26,809 nucleotides of DNA from a virus (IMGVR_UViG_3300020045_014475:1-26809); one strand, 5' to 3'; shown: positions 9,528 to 18,005, counted from the stretch's first letter. Numbers and translations: made by a program. The notes: generated from the sequence alone by a model not told the origin.

Positions 9528-9707
9528 TTATTTTACTTCAGGTAAAGCTATATTATTAATAATGTTTATGCATTCTTTTATGGCTTGAATTCTAATTTTT
9601 GCATCCCCACCAAGAATTGTAACAACCTCAGCTTTATCCCAAAATGGAATTTTTTCTTCAGATAGTAAAAAATCATATAGTTTTTGAATTATTTGATCTT
9701 TTAACAT
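9528..9707 (-). CDS. Hypothetical protein, 59 aa (below the ORF-track cut-off)
   Basis: MLKDQIIQKLYDFLLSEEKIPFWDKAEVVTILGGDAKIRIQAIKECINIINNIALPEVK. Fills the operon gap on the coding strand. Confidence 0.6.
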   Translation of the reverse strand: MLKDQIIQKLYDFLLSEEKIPFWDKAEVVTILGGDAKIRIQAIKECINIINNIALPEVK

Positions 9708-9716
9708 TATTAAAGC

Positions 9717-9998
9717 TCATTTAAATTTTGTAATAATATTAGAAGTAATTAAACCAAAAAGAAAAGTTATCAATAAAACTAAAATGGTTTTTGCAATAAT
9801 ATTTTTACCACTCGTTAATCCTTCATTCAAGTATTTAAAGAATTTAACTGATTCATAAAAATCTTCTTCAGTAACTCCTTCAAACCTACAAATATGTTGA
9901 CGTGGATGCTTTTCAAAAGCACTAAGAATTTCTTCAATATCAGTATCAGTTAAACTTCTTTTACGCTCATGAAACTGTTTTTCAAGCCTAGCATCCAT
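9717..9998 (-). CDS. Small protein with C-terminal transmembrane helix, 93 aa
   Basis: AAGGA RBS. Hydrophobic IIAKTILVLLITFLFGLITS near the C-terminus. Confidence 0.7.
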   Translation of the reverse strand: MDARLEKQFHERKRSLTDTDIEEILSAFEKHPRQHICRFEGVTEEDFYESVKFFKYLNEGLTSGKNIIAKTILVLLITFLFGLITSNIITKFK

Positions 9999-10013
9999 GA
10001 AAGATTCCTTAAG

Positions 10014-10385
10014 TTAAATAATCTTCATTGTTGAATCTGGATTTTTTCCTTTCCAGAAATAAACTGCCCCAAAATCTCTTACTTGCTGATAATATTCAAG
10101 AGCTAATCTACGTCTCAATCGACGCATAAACCAAAGTTGCTCTGTTCCTTCAATAATTCTCATCATATTATTCATAAACACTCTATCTGCTTCTTCACGA
10201 TCATACTCAGAAGCCCCCACAGAGTACATATAGTCATGAATGTTGCAAGCTTCAATTATGTTGATATATAAAATATGATCTGGAATAAAGTTTGCTTTCC
10301 ATCCACCAGGCCCACACCCATTAGAGATTATAGTTCTTTTAACTTCGGATAAACTCCAATATTCAGCAGTAGCAAATAATTTCAT
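10014..10385 (-). CDS. Phospholipase A2-like protein, 123 aa
   Basis: NGCGPGG loop, ACNIHDYMY (C-x-x-H-D-x-x-Y catalytic helix) and a downstream ADRVF Asp helix match the secretory/prokaryotic PLA2 pattern. GGAG RBS, ATGA overlap. Confidence 0.65.
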   Translation of the reverse strand: MKLFATAEYWSLSEVKRTIISNGCGPGGWKANFIPDHILYINIIEACNIHDYMYSVGASEYDREEADRVFMNNMMRIIEGTEQLWFMRRLRRRLALEYYQQVRDFGAVYFWKGKNPDSTMKII

Positions 10386-10648
10386 TTATTCTCCATTGCA
10401 GGGAATTTAACTTTTAAATAAGTTCGACATATTGAAAAAACTGATATCCCACCCCACATCCCAACCATCGCTGGCCATTCACCTCGTGGATGTGCTTGTC
10501 CAATAGTTCCCATCAAATCAGCAACTTCTTTAGAAACAAATATAGCTATTACTGGCTGAACATCCAAACCAAGTATCCAACAAGCAGAAATAATTAAGCC
10601 AACCATAACTGCTAAATATTCAGAACTTTGCTTACCAGGTAATATCAT
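10382..10648 (-). CDS. Holin-like membrane protein, 88 aa
   Basis: Start moved to 10648 (GAGGTG RBS, ATGA overlap with the upstream gene). MILPGKQSSEY N-terminus, two clear TM segments, basic residues near the C-terminus (RTYLKVK). Confidence 0.55.
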   Translation of the reverse strand: MILPGKQSSEYLAVMVGLIISACWILGLDVQPVIAIFVSKEVADLMGTIGQAHPRGEWPAMVGMWGGISVFSICRTYLKVKFPAMENK

Positions 10649-10845
10649 CTTTGCACCTCTGGAAACATGCACCTACGAACAATGCAATGTGTATCAAGAT
10701 TAAACTCTTTCTTATGAAATGGACACATACCTTCAAATCCTCCTGGATATAACATTGAACATGTCCCCCTGAATTTGCATTGATCACTCTGGATATGTAT
10801 TGTTCCATCTGAACTAGGATTGTCTATAGTGAGTAAAACAATCAT
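10645..10845 (-). CDS. Small Cys-rich hypothetical protein, 66 aa
   Basis: GAGGT RBS. Five Cys (CKFRGTC, CPFH, CIVRRC). Confidence 0.6.
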   Translation of the reverse strand: MIVLLTIDNPSSDGTIHIQSDQCKFRGTCSMLYPGGFEGMCPFHKKEFNLDTHCIVRRCMFPEVQR

Positions 10846-10871
10846 ATGGTTACCTCGATGGAATTATTTTG

Positions 10872-11023
10872 TCATTTCGAAACTCTAATGGAAATGTTTT
10901 TATGAAGATCATTTAACAATTTTAGCCTTTGCAACTCCCATAAATAAGTTGACAATATTGCTCCAGCTCCTGTGAGCAAAACAAAAACTAAAATAATATA
11001 AACACAATTATTTCTTTATCCAT
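10872..11023 (-). pseudogene. Frameshifted small membrane protein gene (~50 aa if repaired)
   Basis: ATG 11023 with AGGA RBS gives MDKEIIVFILF-TAG. The -1 frame continues LVFVLLTGAGAILSTYLWELQRLKLLNDLHKNISIRVSK-TGA. The span is 152 bp, one base short of in-frame. Confidence 0.45.
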
Positions 11024-11030
11024 TTCAATC

Positions 11031-11690
11031 CTATTGCACTGCTGGAATTTCAAAAACAAATGGTTCAGCTGTCTGATTGTTGAAAATACCTCCAGAAGTT
11101 GCTCCAGGCGCTAATGAAACATCTTTATACGCATCTGATATAGTCAAGTCGCCAGTTCCAGAATTGATAAGTTGTGTAGACCCTGCCTTAGCTAAAGCAC
11201 CAAACAAATCGCTAGAAATTTCTATAGCTCCCCAAGTCATTGCAGCTGTTCCAGCAAACTTGAATAACCCATCATAAATACGGGTATACATTGCATCATC
11301 AGCTATTGCCACATCACTTGAATTTGTCGAACTTGGGCAAGGGTCATATGCCTTTTTGGTAATCGCTAAAGACATAGCATTATTGATCGTTTCTGTTTGA
11401 GCAATAAGGGCATAGACAAGAGGCTGTGCTTCTGCAAGTTGCTCAATCTTTGCCTTCTTACCTGCTAATTGCTTATAGCAAACCTGACGAGTTTTTTCTT
11501 TCTCAGTTTCTACCAGTTGATCTGCTGGAAGTTCAGTGGTTTCACTCGTAACCGTTACCCCATCCGGGCCAAATCCGAGAGTGCGAGATCCAGGTTGTTT
11601 GACGCCACACCCCGACAGCATGACGGCTAAAATCATAATTATAGCAACTGAACAAAACCCGATTCCAAAATCAAGATGACTCTTTTTCAT
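11031..11690 (-). CDS. Lipoprotein, 219 aa
   Basis: MKK, hydrophobic stretch, then LSGC lipobox. GGAGG RBS, ATGA overlap. Confidence 0.75.
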   Translation of the reverse strand: MKKSHLDFGIGFCSVAIIMILAVMLSGCGVKQPGSRTLGFGPDGVTVTSETTELPADQLVETEKEKTRQVCYKQLAGKKAKIEQLAEAQPLVYALIAQTETINNAMSLAITKKAYDPCPSSTNSSDVAIADDAMYTRIYDGLFKFAGTAAMTWGAIEISSDLFGALAKAGSTQLINSGTGDLTISDAYKDVSLAPGATSGGIFNNQTAEPFVFEIPAVQ

Positions 11691-12085
11691 TTGATTAATT
11701 CCTCCATGCGTTGCGCGATTATCTCATGCAACTCTTTTGGTATTTCCTGCTCGGTAAATTGCAGGTTTAAAAGCATGTGTGTGAGTTCATGGACGATAGT
11801 TTTTAATTGAAGGTTATATACTGTTGCAAACAATATCGTTTTCCGCTCGTTGTCGGTATAGCCAGGAACTTGCTTGAACTGTTGTCCTGGATACCATTCT
11901 TGCATTTGCGCTTGTACATCATCAGAAAAATCCACGAGGTGAATTTTGAAATATAGTGGATCTGGTGAAAGACCGGTTGTAACTTCTATTCTCTCAATGA
12001 TGCTTTCAATGCTGCCATCGAGGACAAAGTTGAACCTATCAATTAGTCTCTCGATGCCCATGATTTCACAGTATCGAGTTTTCAC
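11687..12085 (-). CDS. Small zinc metallopeptidase-like protein (HExxH), 132 aa
   Basis: TIVHELTH followed by a distal Glu (LHEIIA), as in gluzincin-type/ImmA-like domains. GTG start overlapping the upstream stop. Confidence 0.6.
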   Translation of the reverse strand: MKTRYCEIMGIERLIDRFNFVLDGSIESIIERIEVTTGLSPDPLYFKIHLVDFSDDVQAQMQEWYPGQQFKQVPGYTDNERKTILFATVYNLQLKTIVHELTHMLLNLQFTEQEIPKELHEIIAQRMEELIK

Positions 12086-12618
12086 GATTCCACCGTGGGG
12101 CCAAGGTTACACTTCCAAATGTTTGGGGTTTCTACTCCTGTTTCTGAGTCAACTGCTGGTTGCCAAAGGTCTGGACGTTCCCGCAGAACATCATCAAAGG
12201 TGAATCCCGCAAATTCATTAGTAAGTATTGCCGAACGCTCGTTGATGATTTGTTCACCTGACTTGCCTTTCCCTTTGTCTGCTTTTACTATTGCTTTCGG
12301 TGTTGAAAGGATGTCTAGCATATCAGAGTCGAACACTTCAGCTTCCTCTAGCATCTTCTTGACTGACTGTTTCTTGATAAATCCGTCAGCATGGAGTGGT
12401 CCAACATCGAAAATCTCAGCACATTCACCCTTACTATCTCCATCGCCATATTTTAAAAAGTGAATGAAGTATAGGCCAACAGTTTTGCCATCAACTACAG
12501 CAGTTCCGCAAGGAAAAGAGTTCAACCAGTTCTGACAGAACGGCCTATTTGTATCGCTCAAGACATACATCCAGAAATCAGGGCCACGGTCGATGACATT
12601 AAGTTTCTTACGCGGCAT
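12082..12618 (-). CDS. Hypothetical protein, 178 aa (possible partner/chaperone of the upstream fibre)
   Basis: GGAGG RBS. Directly follows the 415-aa fibre-like gene inside the GC-rich cassette. Confidence 0.6.
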   Translation of the reverse strand: MPRKKLNVIDRGPDFWMYVLSDTNRPFCQNWLNSFPCGTAVVDGKTVGLYFIHFLKYGDGDSKGECAEIFDVGPLHADGFIKKQSVKKMLEEAEVFDSDMLDILSTPKAIVKADKGKGKSGEQIINERSAILTNEFAGFTFDDVLRERPDLWQPAVDSETGVETPNIWKCNLGPTVES

Positions 12619-12621
12619 AGT

Positions 12622-13869
12622 CTAACCTCCTATGTAATCGCCCATAATGAGGCAATGTGCATCGTCGAGCGATAGGCTACTGACATCAAACCCGGAAACC
12701 CGAGAAGGCGCGGCGTTGTTCAGGTTCGCCCGTAGGTAAGTTCCAGGATTAAAAGATCCGTCGAAAGTCGCCCAAGAGCCCCAAGTGATAGTCCCGGCAC
12801 CATTCTTTTCATAGCCCACTCGAAACTGAGTGCCCGCACTATTAGCCTGTTCGAAACACAGCAATGCATCCCCACGAGCGAAACCTCCGGCTATGGACAC
12901 TGTTGCGGTATTCGTTCCATCTGTTGATTTTAATGTCCCGCTTGCATCAAGGTAGAGCAACCCAGCCGCGACATCGTTTACTGTGAGGATATTGTGAGGC
13001 GCTGTGATTTCTGCGCTACTTGCCCCACAAGTTATGCGGGCGGCTACGGTGTTAACACCGGATAAACAGTCCGTTATGGATGTATCTAGCTCAACAGATA
13101 GCCCGTTGCCGGTTGTAGTGCCTACGGTAGAGACTGTGGATTGACCCCCCGGAATTGGGACAAATTGGTAATCACCTGCCGTGTGCATTACATTCCGGAC
13201 ACGTATGCCCGAAACACCATCGCCAGCATAACTCGGAAGCCTGTAGTTTGCAGTACCAATCAACTGCAAACAAATGCTTACATATTGACTACCGGCCATT
13301 CCGCTTGCATGACAAGCAAACCACCCATCTGATAAGGCAGTTATGTTTCCATTCCCTCCACCACCTTCGTAACTAACTACACCGGCAGTTAAATCAAATG
13401 TTACGAATCCTGTCTCCGATGTAAGTTGCACATATCGCCGCCCAGATGCCTTGGCCTCAACATATACACTACCATCAACCAATGCCGCCCCGGCATTCAG
13501 AGCATAAACCCTATGCAGGGCGTCGGTTGCTGATTCAGTGATTAGCTCCCCGACCTTAGTTACAGCAGATTCAACAAAAACTATAGGATCTGGTAGTGCA
13601 TTCGTATAAGCCGGAGCAGAATAATACCCATCAGCATGGATCAAATTAGCAATAACCTGGGAATCACCAACAGTGCCATCACCCTTCGCAACCTGGCCAG
13701 CAGCAGCCGAGAACTGTAATGGGGGTCCAACAAGTGAGCCGATTGTACCGTTGCTGGCCGCGATGAGGAGTGCTAGGTCGGAGGGGTAGGACGGGCCACG
13801 GCTACGATAGGATCCTAAAGACCTTCCCATAGAAGCAACTAAAGTATAATCAATAGATGGAGTAAGCAT
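12622..13869 (-). CDS. Head spike/fibre-like protein with carbohydrate-binding and LamG-like domains, 415 aa
   Basis: 'VYVEAKASGRRY..FDLTAGVV..ITALSDGWFAC..YAGDGVSGI' pattern of phage fibre CBM-like domains. TAATG coupling. Confidence 0.6.
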   Translation of the reverse strand: MLTPSIDYTLVASMGRSLGSYRSRGPSYPSDLALLIAASNGTIGSLVGPPLQFSAAAGQVAKGDGTVGDSQVIANLIHADGYYSAPAYTNALPDPIVFVESAVTKVGELITESATDALHRVYALNAGAALVDGSVYVEAKASGRRYVQLTSETGFVTFDLTAGVVSYEGGGGNGNITALSDGWFACHASGMAGSQYVSICLQLIGTANYRLPSYAGDGVSGIRVRNVMHTAGDYQFVPIPGGQSTVSTVGTTTGNGLSVELDTSITDCLSGVNTVAARITCGASSAEITAPHNILTVNDVAAGLLYLDASGTLKSTDGTNTATVSIAGGFARGDALLCFEQANSAGTQFRVGYEKNGAGTITWGSWATFDGSFNPGTYLRANLNNAAPSRVSGFDVSSLSLDDAHCLIMGDYIGG

Positions 13870-14177
13870 TATTCAAACCTTATTCCAAAAGCATTACCAG
13901 GACTTGCAGGTTTAACTATTCTATATGTTCCACGATAAGGAATACTTAATCGATTATTATCAACATCCAATACAAAAGCATCGCCAGCATAAATAAAATT
14001 AGTCCAATCAGTATCAGTTCCAACAGCAGGATTTTCTACTCGTGGAATTTGAATAGTTACACTTTCAGTAGTAACAAGCCCAACTATTGAAATAGATCCA
14101 TTTAAATTTTGATTATCAATAATTAAAATCTTATTAACCGCATCAACTGTTGAACTTATTAATGTTTGTGATCTCAT
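13869..14177 (-). CDS. Small beta-rich virion protein, 102 aa
   Basis: GGAG RBS. Jelly-roll-like alternation ('VTIQIP...DWTNF...GTYRIVKP'). Confidence 0.6.
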   Translation of the reverse strand: MRSQTLISSTVDAVNKILIIDNQNLNGSISIVGLVTTESVTIQIPRVENPAVGTDTDWTNFIYAGDAFVLDVDNNRLSIPYRGTYRIVKPASPGNAFGIRFE

Positions 14178-14198
14178 AATTTCTCCAAATAAACTTTA

Positions 14199-14831
14199 TT
14201 AACTATGTTCAGTATTTGAACCTAAACTATCAATTTCATAATGAAAATCAATTTCAAGTAATGCAGCATCATCAGTATAGCTATCTAATCCACCAGCACC
14301 AGTAGCATCACGAAACAATCTGCAAAGCAACATACTAGATACAGTAGTTATTCCAGTCATACTTATTGCAGTTAAAGAAGTTAAATAATGTGTTTTTGCT
14401 ACAAGAACACTAACACTAGGATTAACTTCATTTCCATAAATAATTGTACTATTTCCAAAAACACCATTAATTACTTTAAAACTGTATTCTAAACCCCAAC
14501 AAACTTTCTGCCCAGCAGTTCCATTTGCTACAGGAATCCAATGAACATGCGGCTTTATATCTGTTTCTTTCTTCCAATTATGTGGTAACTGGCAGGCAAA
14601 GTAAACTTCTTCTTCAGAACCAGCATCAAATAAGTAAGTAAATAAACCTTGTGAACTACTTCCATTATCAAGTACTTTAGCAAAACCTGGATCTTTTGAA
14701 CCACCAAGTTTAGTTGATGTAACTGGAACTCTTAAATCATCCCAAACAGTGTTAAGTAAAGTAATTCCATTCTCGTCAATATTGACAAAACCTGGAATAC
14801 TTATACCATTTGGAAAATTAGTTAATGTCAT
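14199..14831 (-). CDS. Capsid-associated fibre/decoration protein, 210 aa
   Basis: AAGGA RBS. TNFPNGI N-terminus, then a 'VWDDLRVP...QLPHNWK...PHVHW...IDFHYEIDSLGS' beta domain. Confidence 0.6.
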   Translation of the reverse strand: MTLTNFPNGISIPGFVNIDENGITLLNTVWDDLRVPVTSTKLGGSKDPGFAKVLDNGSSSQGLFTYLFDAGSEEEVYFACQLPHNWKKETDIKPHVHWIPVANGTAGQKVCWGLEYSFKVINGVFGNSTIIYGNEVNPSVSVLVAKTHYLTSLTAISMTGITTVSSMLLCRLFRDATGAGGLDSYTDDAALLEIDFHYEIDSLGSNTEHS

Positions 14832-14858
14832 AATTAATATCCTTTAAATAAACTTAAA

Positions 14859-14889
14859 TTTCCACAAGAATGTTATGTTCCTGTGGAAA
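14859..14889 (-). terminator. Intergenic hairpin (terminator or RNA processing/stability site)
   Basis: Minus strand TTTCCACAGGAA-cataaca-TTCTTGTGGAAA: 12-bp stem with one G-U pair, followed by TTTAAGTTT. Confidence 0.5.
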
Positions 14890-14907
14890 GTTAAAATTAT
14901 TTAAAAT

Positions 14908-15879
14908 TTAAGACTGAACAGCAATACCAGATGTTGCATAAGTCGGAACAGCTCCAACAATCAATACCCCTGTAGTGGTCGAGAGTTTAGTATTGTTGAT
15001 ACTTACACAATTCTTCATAAGCACCTGACCAACTGTAAGTGTAGAACCAAATGCTACACATTGAGCAGGTACAGCAGTTGCAAGTTTAGCATTTACGAAA
15101 GTACAATCATCAAAAAGCATCATTCTTTCAACATCAGTTGCATTCGCCCCATAAACATGACGACCGTTCACATGTCCAGATGATTTCCAAAATACACACG
15201 ACTTGAACATAACATCGCGAGCAACCTTGCCAGCTCCAGCAAGACCAGCAGTAGCCAAAATACCTGGTCTGATTTTATCACCTGCTTGAGCATTAGCCAA
15301 ACTGCCAATGGTACAATTTATAACCTGTGCAGAATCTCCGTTCATTACAAACTCAGATGCAAGATTCTCATCAAGATCGGTTTCTTTGTAAAACTCACAG
15401 TTTTCATATACAGTATATTCACCACCTTCAAGAACTGTATAAAGACTTTCAGCCTTGGTATTTGCAGAAGTAAATTTGATATTCCGAAAAGAGTTACGAA
15501 CTCCAGTATTGAGCAATGCACCCAAATCTGTAGCAGCAGTAGTTACTCCCATAGAAACCTTTGCATTCTGCCCATACATACGGCCACCTGGGTCATAACC
15601 AAACATATGAACTCGGTTCTTACTTACAGTAAGCATCTCAGTCAAAACATGAGAAGCACTACCCATAAGAGCAATACCTTCATTTTTATTAGTTGTAATC
15701 AACCCCATTGCCTTAGAGATTGTCTTAAAAGGTTTAACTGGAGAATTATCCTTCTCAGCTATACCATCAGATCCGTTCCCATAATCAACAAAAAGAACTT
15801 TTGTCAATCCCATTGGAACTCCACCAGGGAAAGGAATACCCATACTTGTAATACCGTTTGGAAAATTTGTATACCCCAT
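14908..15879 (-). CDS. Pectate lyase-like right-handed beta-helix protein (putative head fibre), 323 aa
   Basis: AGGAG RBS. 'FVDYGNGSD...PVKPFKTISKA' cap motif plus repeated F-x-N-C-x-F rungs. Confidence 0.7.
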   Translation of the reverse strand: MGYTNFPNGITSMGIPFPGGVPMGLTKVLFVDYGNGSDGIAEKDNSPVKPFKTISKAMGLITTNKNEGIALMGSASHVLTEMLTVSKNRVHMFGYDPGGRMYGQNAKVSMGVTTAATDLGALLNTGVRNSFRNIKFTSANTKAESLYTVLEGGEYTVYENCEFYKETDLDENLASEFVMNGDSAQVINCTIGSLANAQAGDKIRPGILATAGLAGAGKVARDVMFKSCVFWKSSGHVNGRHVYGANATDVERMMLFDDCTFVNAKLATAVPAQCVAFGSTLTVGQVLMKNCVSINNTKLSTTTGVLIVGAVPTYATSGIAVQS

Positions 15880-15892
15880 AATTTTTCTCCTG

Positions 15893-16023
15893 GGACATTT
15901 CTTATCTCAAAGAAATGCCTGAAAGATTTTAACTCTCACTTACCCAAAGATGAAAGACTGCTTTAAGCTCGTCACAAAAAGCAGTCAGTTTTAAAACCCT
16001 AATAGGGCTGTTCACTTATGAAC
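15893..16023 (-). other. Multi-hairpin intergenic element downstream of the capsid gene
   Basis: Inverted repeats at 15896-15917, 15956-15986 (9-bp stem followed by TTTCATCTTT on the minus strand), 15997-16007 and 16010-16023. Confidence 0.55.
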
Positions 16024-16028
16024 GCCGA

Positions 16029-16952
16029 TTACGCAGCACCAGGACTTCCGAAAATTGCCCGAGGATCAGACCAACCAAACGATCCACGGAAAGTAGCTTT
16101 GAATTTGGCGTTCTCAGTATCGAAGTCATTTTCAGTTCCGAATGCATCAGCTCGACGTTCCATATACTTTAAACCATCAGGACAATTGGTGCCGATAAAC
16201 CATGCATCAGCATCAGTGAGATAATGATTAACCTTAACACCTTGAGGAAACTTCTTAGATGCTCTCAAAGCATTAATGTCATTATTCGCAGAATTGGACT
16301 GCCCAATAGATTCGAGAATCCTAAACGCATCAAACTCCAACGCAGTAGGAATAATCAACTTCTGAGGCATAATCGCAATGGTAAGACCACGATCAGTTTT
16401 GAAAGCACCGATATCGATACAAGCTTGTTCAAGAGCTGCTTCACTAAGATCAGCTGCGGTGGTAAGTTCATTCTTCCAAGTACCCCCAGACTTATTCGGA
16501 TGATCAGTAGCGCAAAGCTCCTTGCCATCAGAATTAGTTCCCATAGTATAAGAACTATTGAACGCTCGATTAAGAATGTTTGCCCCAACCATTTCTTTAG
16601 TCTGACGAATCGAAAATGCCAATGCACTTGCCCGTCTCAATGCAACAGTCACTGCAATACCATCTTCATACATTTCACGCGTAATGATGAAACCAAGACC
16701 GTAAGTAATATGAGTATAACGACTCAAAAATCCTTGTTCTTGATCGTCATAAACAACGCCAGCACCTTCAGTTTTGATAGCTGCCAGGCCAAAACCAGTA
16801 ACTCCCATCTCCTCTTCAAATGCTTTAATAGAAGTTCCTTTTTCAAAAATATCAAGATACTCAATAGGATATTCTTTATATTTCTGCCCAAACCAAGTTT
16901 TTACACCTGGAACCAGATCTTTAGCAAAATTGCTAGTAGTAATAATTCCCAT
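16029..16952 (-). CDS. Major capsid protein (HK97 fold, Mu gpT-like family), 307 aa
   Basis: AAGGAG RBS. 'KTEGAGVVYD', 'YGLGFIITREMYED', 'SDGKELCATDHP', 'NHYLTDADAWF', 'FGWSDPRAIFGSPGA'. Located after the scaffold. Confidence 0.9.
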   Translation of the reverse strand: MGIITTSNFAKDLVPGVKTWFGQKYKEYPIEYLDIFEKGTSIKAFEEEMGVTGFGLAAIKTEGAGVVYDDQEQGFLSRYTHITYGLGFIITREMYEDGIAVTVALRRASALAFSIRQTKEMVGANILNRAFNSSYTMGTNSDGKELCATDHPNKSGGTWKNELTTAADLSEAALEQACIDIGAFKTDRGLTIAIMPQKLIIPTALEFDAFRILESIGQSNSANNDINALRASKKFPQGVKVNHYLTDADAWFIGTNCPDGLKYMERRADAFGTENDFDTENAKFKATFRGSFGWSDPRAIFGSPGAA

Positions 16953-16964
16953 TATTCAGTCTCC

Positions 16965-17552
16965 TTATACGTCAGTTGCCGCTAACATTTCATGTTCAAT
17001 AATGGTAACTTCCCACTTGCAATAATCACCAAGGTCATTATCATCACGATTAACTGCACGAAGAATCTTGCATTGACCAAGAGCCGTTGCAGTATCACTA
17101 GAATCAAGTTCCATTGCAGATTTACCTGTAGTAGTGCTTCCAGATCCTACAACAATATCAGTAGATAAACCTACCATTGCAGCAGTAATTGAATTAGCAT
17201 CACTATCTTCCTGGATTTCAAAAATCACAAAAGGATCATCAACTACAAAAGCATACATTGCAGTAGATGCAGGACGATATGAACGCATTGGATAATCAGG
17301 ATTAGTCATAGTATTAGGATTATCACCAAAACCAATAACAACTCCACGAATAACATTACTTGCAGCAGCTTGAGTTACTGTAGGATATTTACCAGTTGCA
17401 TCAGCAGCACCAGCACTTTTTACTGCATCACCCTTAAACATTGCAGTTCCGTCAGTAGAAGGAACATAATAAACATTAACTTTGCCATTCCAGGGAGCCC
17501 CGTTCAAATGTTTGACCGGTTTAAACCCGAATGGAGTATCAAGATTCGCCAT
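16965..17552 (-). CDS. Capsid decoration/cement-type protein, 195 aa
   Basis: 'MANLDTPFGFKPV...FKGDAV...VVDDPFVIFEIQ' pattern, typically found immediately upstream of this MCP family. Confidence 0.65.
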   Translation of the reverse strand: MANLDTPFGFKPVKHLNGAPWNGKVNVYYVPSTDGTAMFKGDAVKSAGAADATGKYPTVTQAAASNVIRGVVIGFGDNPNTMTNPDYPMRSYRPASTAMYAFVVDDPFVIFEIQEDSDANSITAAMVGLSTDIVVGSGSTTTGKSAMELDSSDTATALGQCKILRAVNRDDNDLGDYCKWEVTIIEHEMLAATDV

Positions 17553-17570
17553 AATATAACTCCATTAATT

Positions 17571-17996
17571 TTAACTTATTGAAACTTGCCCAAACGATTC
17601 AGCAGAAGCATCTGGTTTTGAATTTCGTTTTATTTCATTCTCAACTTTAGTAATTTTTGCCTGACTTAATGCTCTATCTGCATTATAAATCTCTTCAGGA
17701 ATTTCCATCAATACAGCTTTCTGCCCTCCGCCGACATGTGGGTTAGACAAGCTACCTAATGAACTTGCTCGACCAATCTTATCATCGCCAACAGGTACGT
17801 TCTCATCAACTACAGTCCAACTAGCATCTTTAAAACTCTGAATCCTATCACCCTTATCATTCACAAATCGGCGCACGAAACCGAGCTTCTTCGGTGCAGT
17901 TAAAATGTTCCGAGTACCTAGAGGTATTCGCTTACGTGGTTGCTCACCAGTTACATTCTTACTAATCATTTCTTTTGCTTGCTCAGTCATTATCAT
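17571..17996 (-). CDS. Conserved head-module protein, 141 aa
   Basis: 'GFVRRFVND..RI....W..V...VLMEIPEE' pattern, between scaffold and decoration genes. Confidence 0.65.
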   Translation of the reverse strand: MIMTEQAKEMISKNVTGEQPRKRIPLGTRNILTAPKKLGFVRRFVNDKGDRIQSFKDASWTVVDENVPVGDDKIGRASSLGSLSNPHVGGGQKAVLMEIPEEIYNADRALSQAKITKVENEIKRNSKPDASAESFGQVSIS

Positions 17997-18005
17997 ACCC
18001 TCTAT

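Noticed and set aside
10988-10990. TAG stop-codon reassignment suggested by the premature TAG
   Set aside because: Readthrough gives no sensible protein, TAG ends other genes cleanly (2481, 11031, 12622), and conserved genes are intact under the standard code.
16029-16060. Programmed frameshift extending the capsid protein
   Set aside because: There is no slippery heptamer at the 3' end, and the next gene has its own strong RBS 149 bp away.
15286-17582. Long plus-strand ORFs (15286-15966, 16018-16224, 16224-16985, 16774-17025, 17370-17582)
   Set aside because: They are antisense shadows of the beta-helix, capsid and decoration genes, with no RBS and atypical composition.
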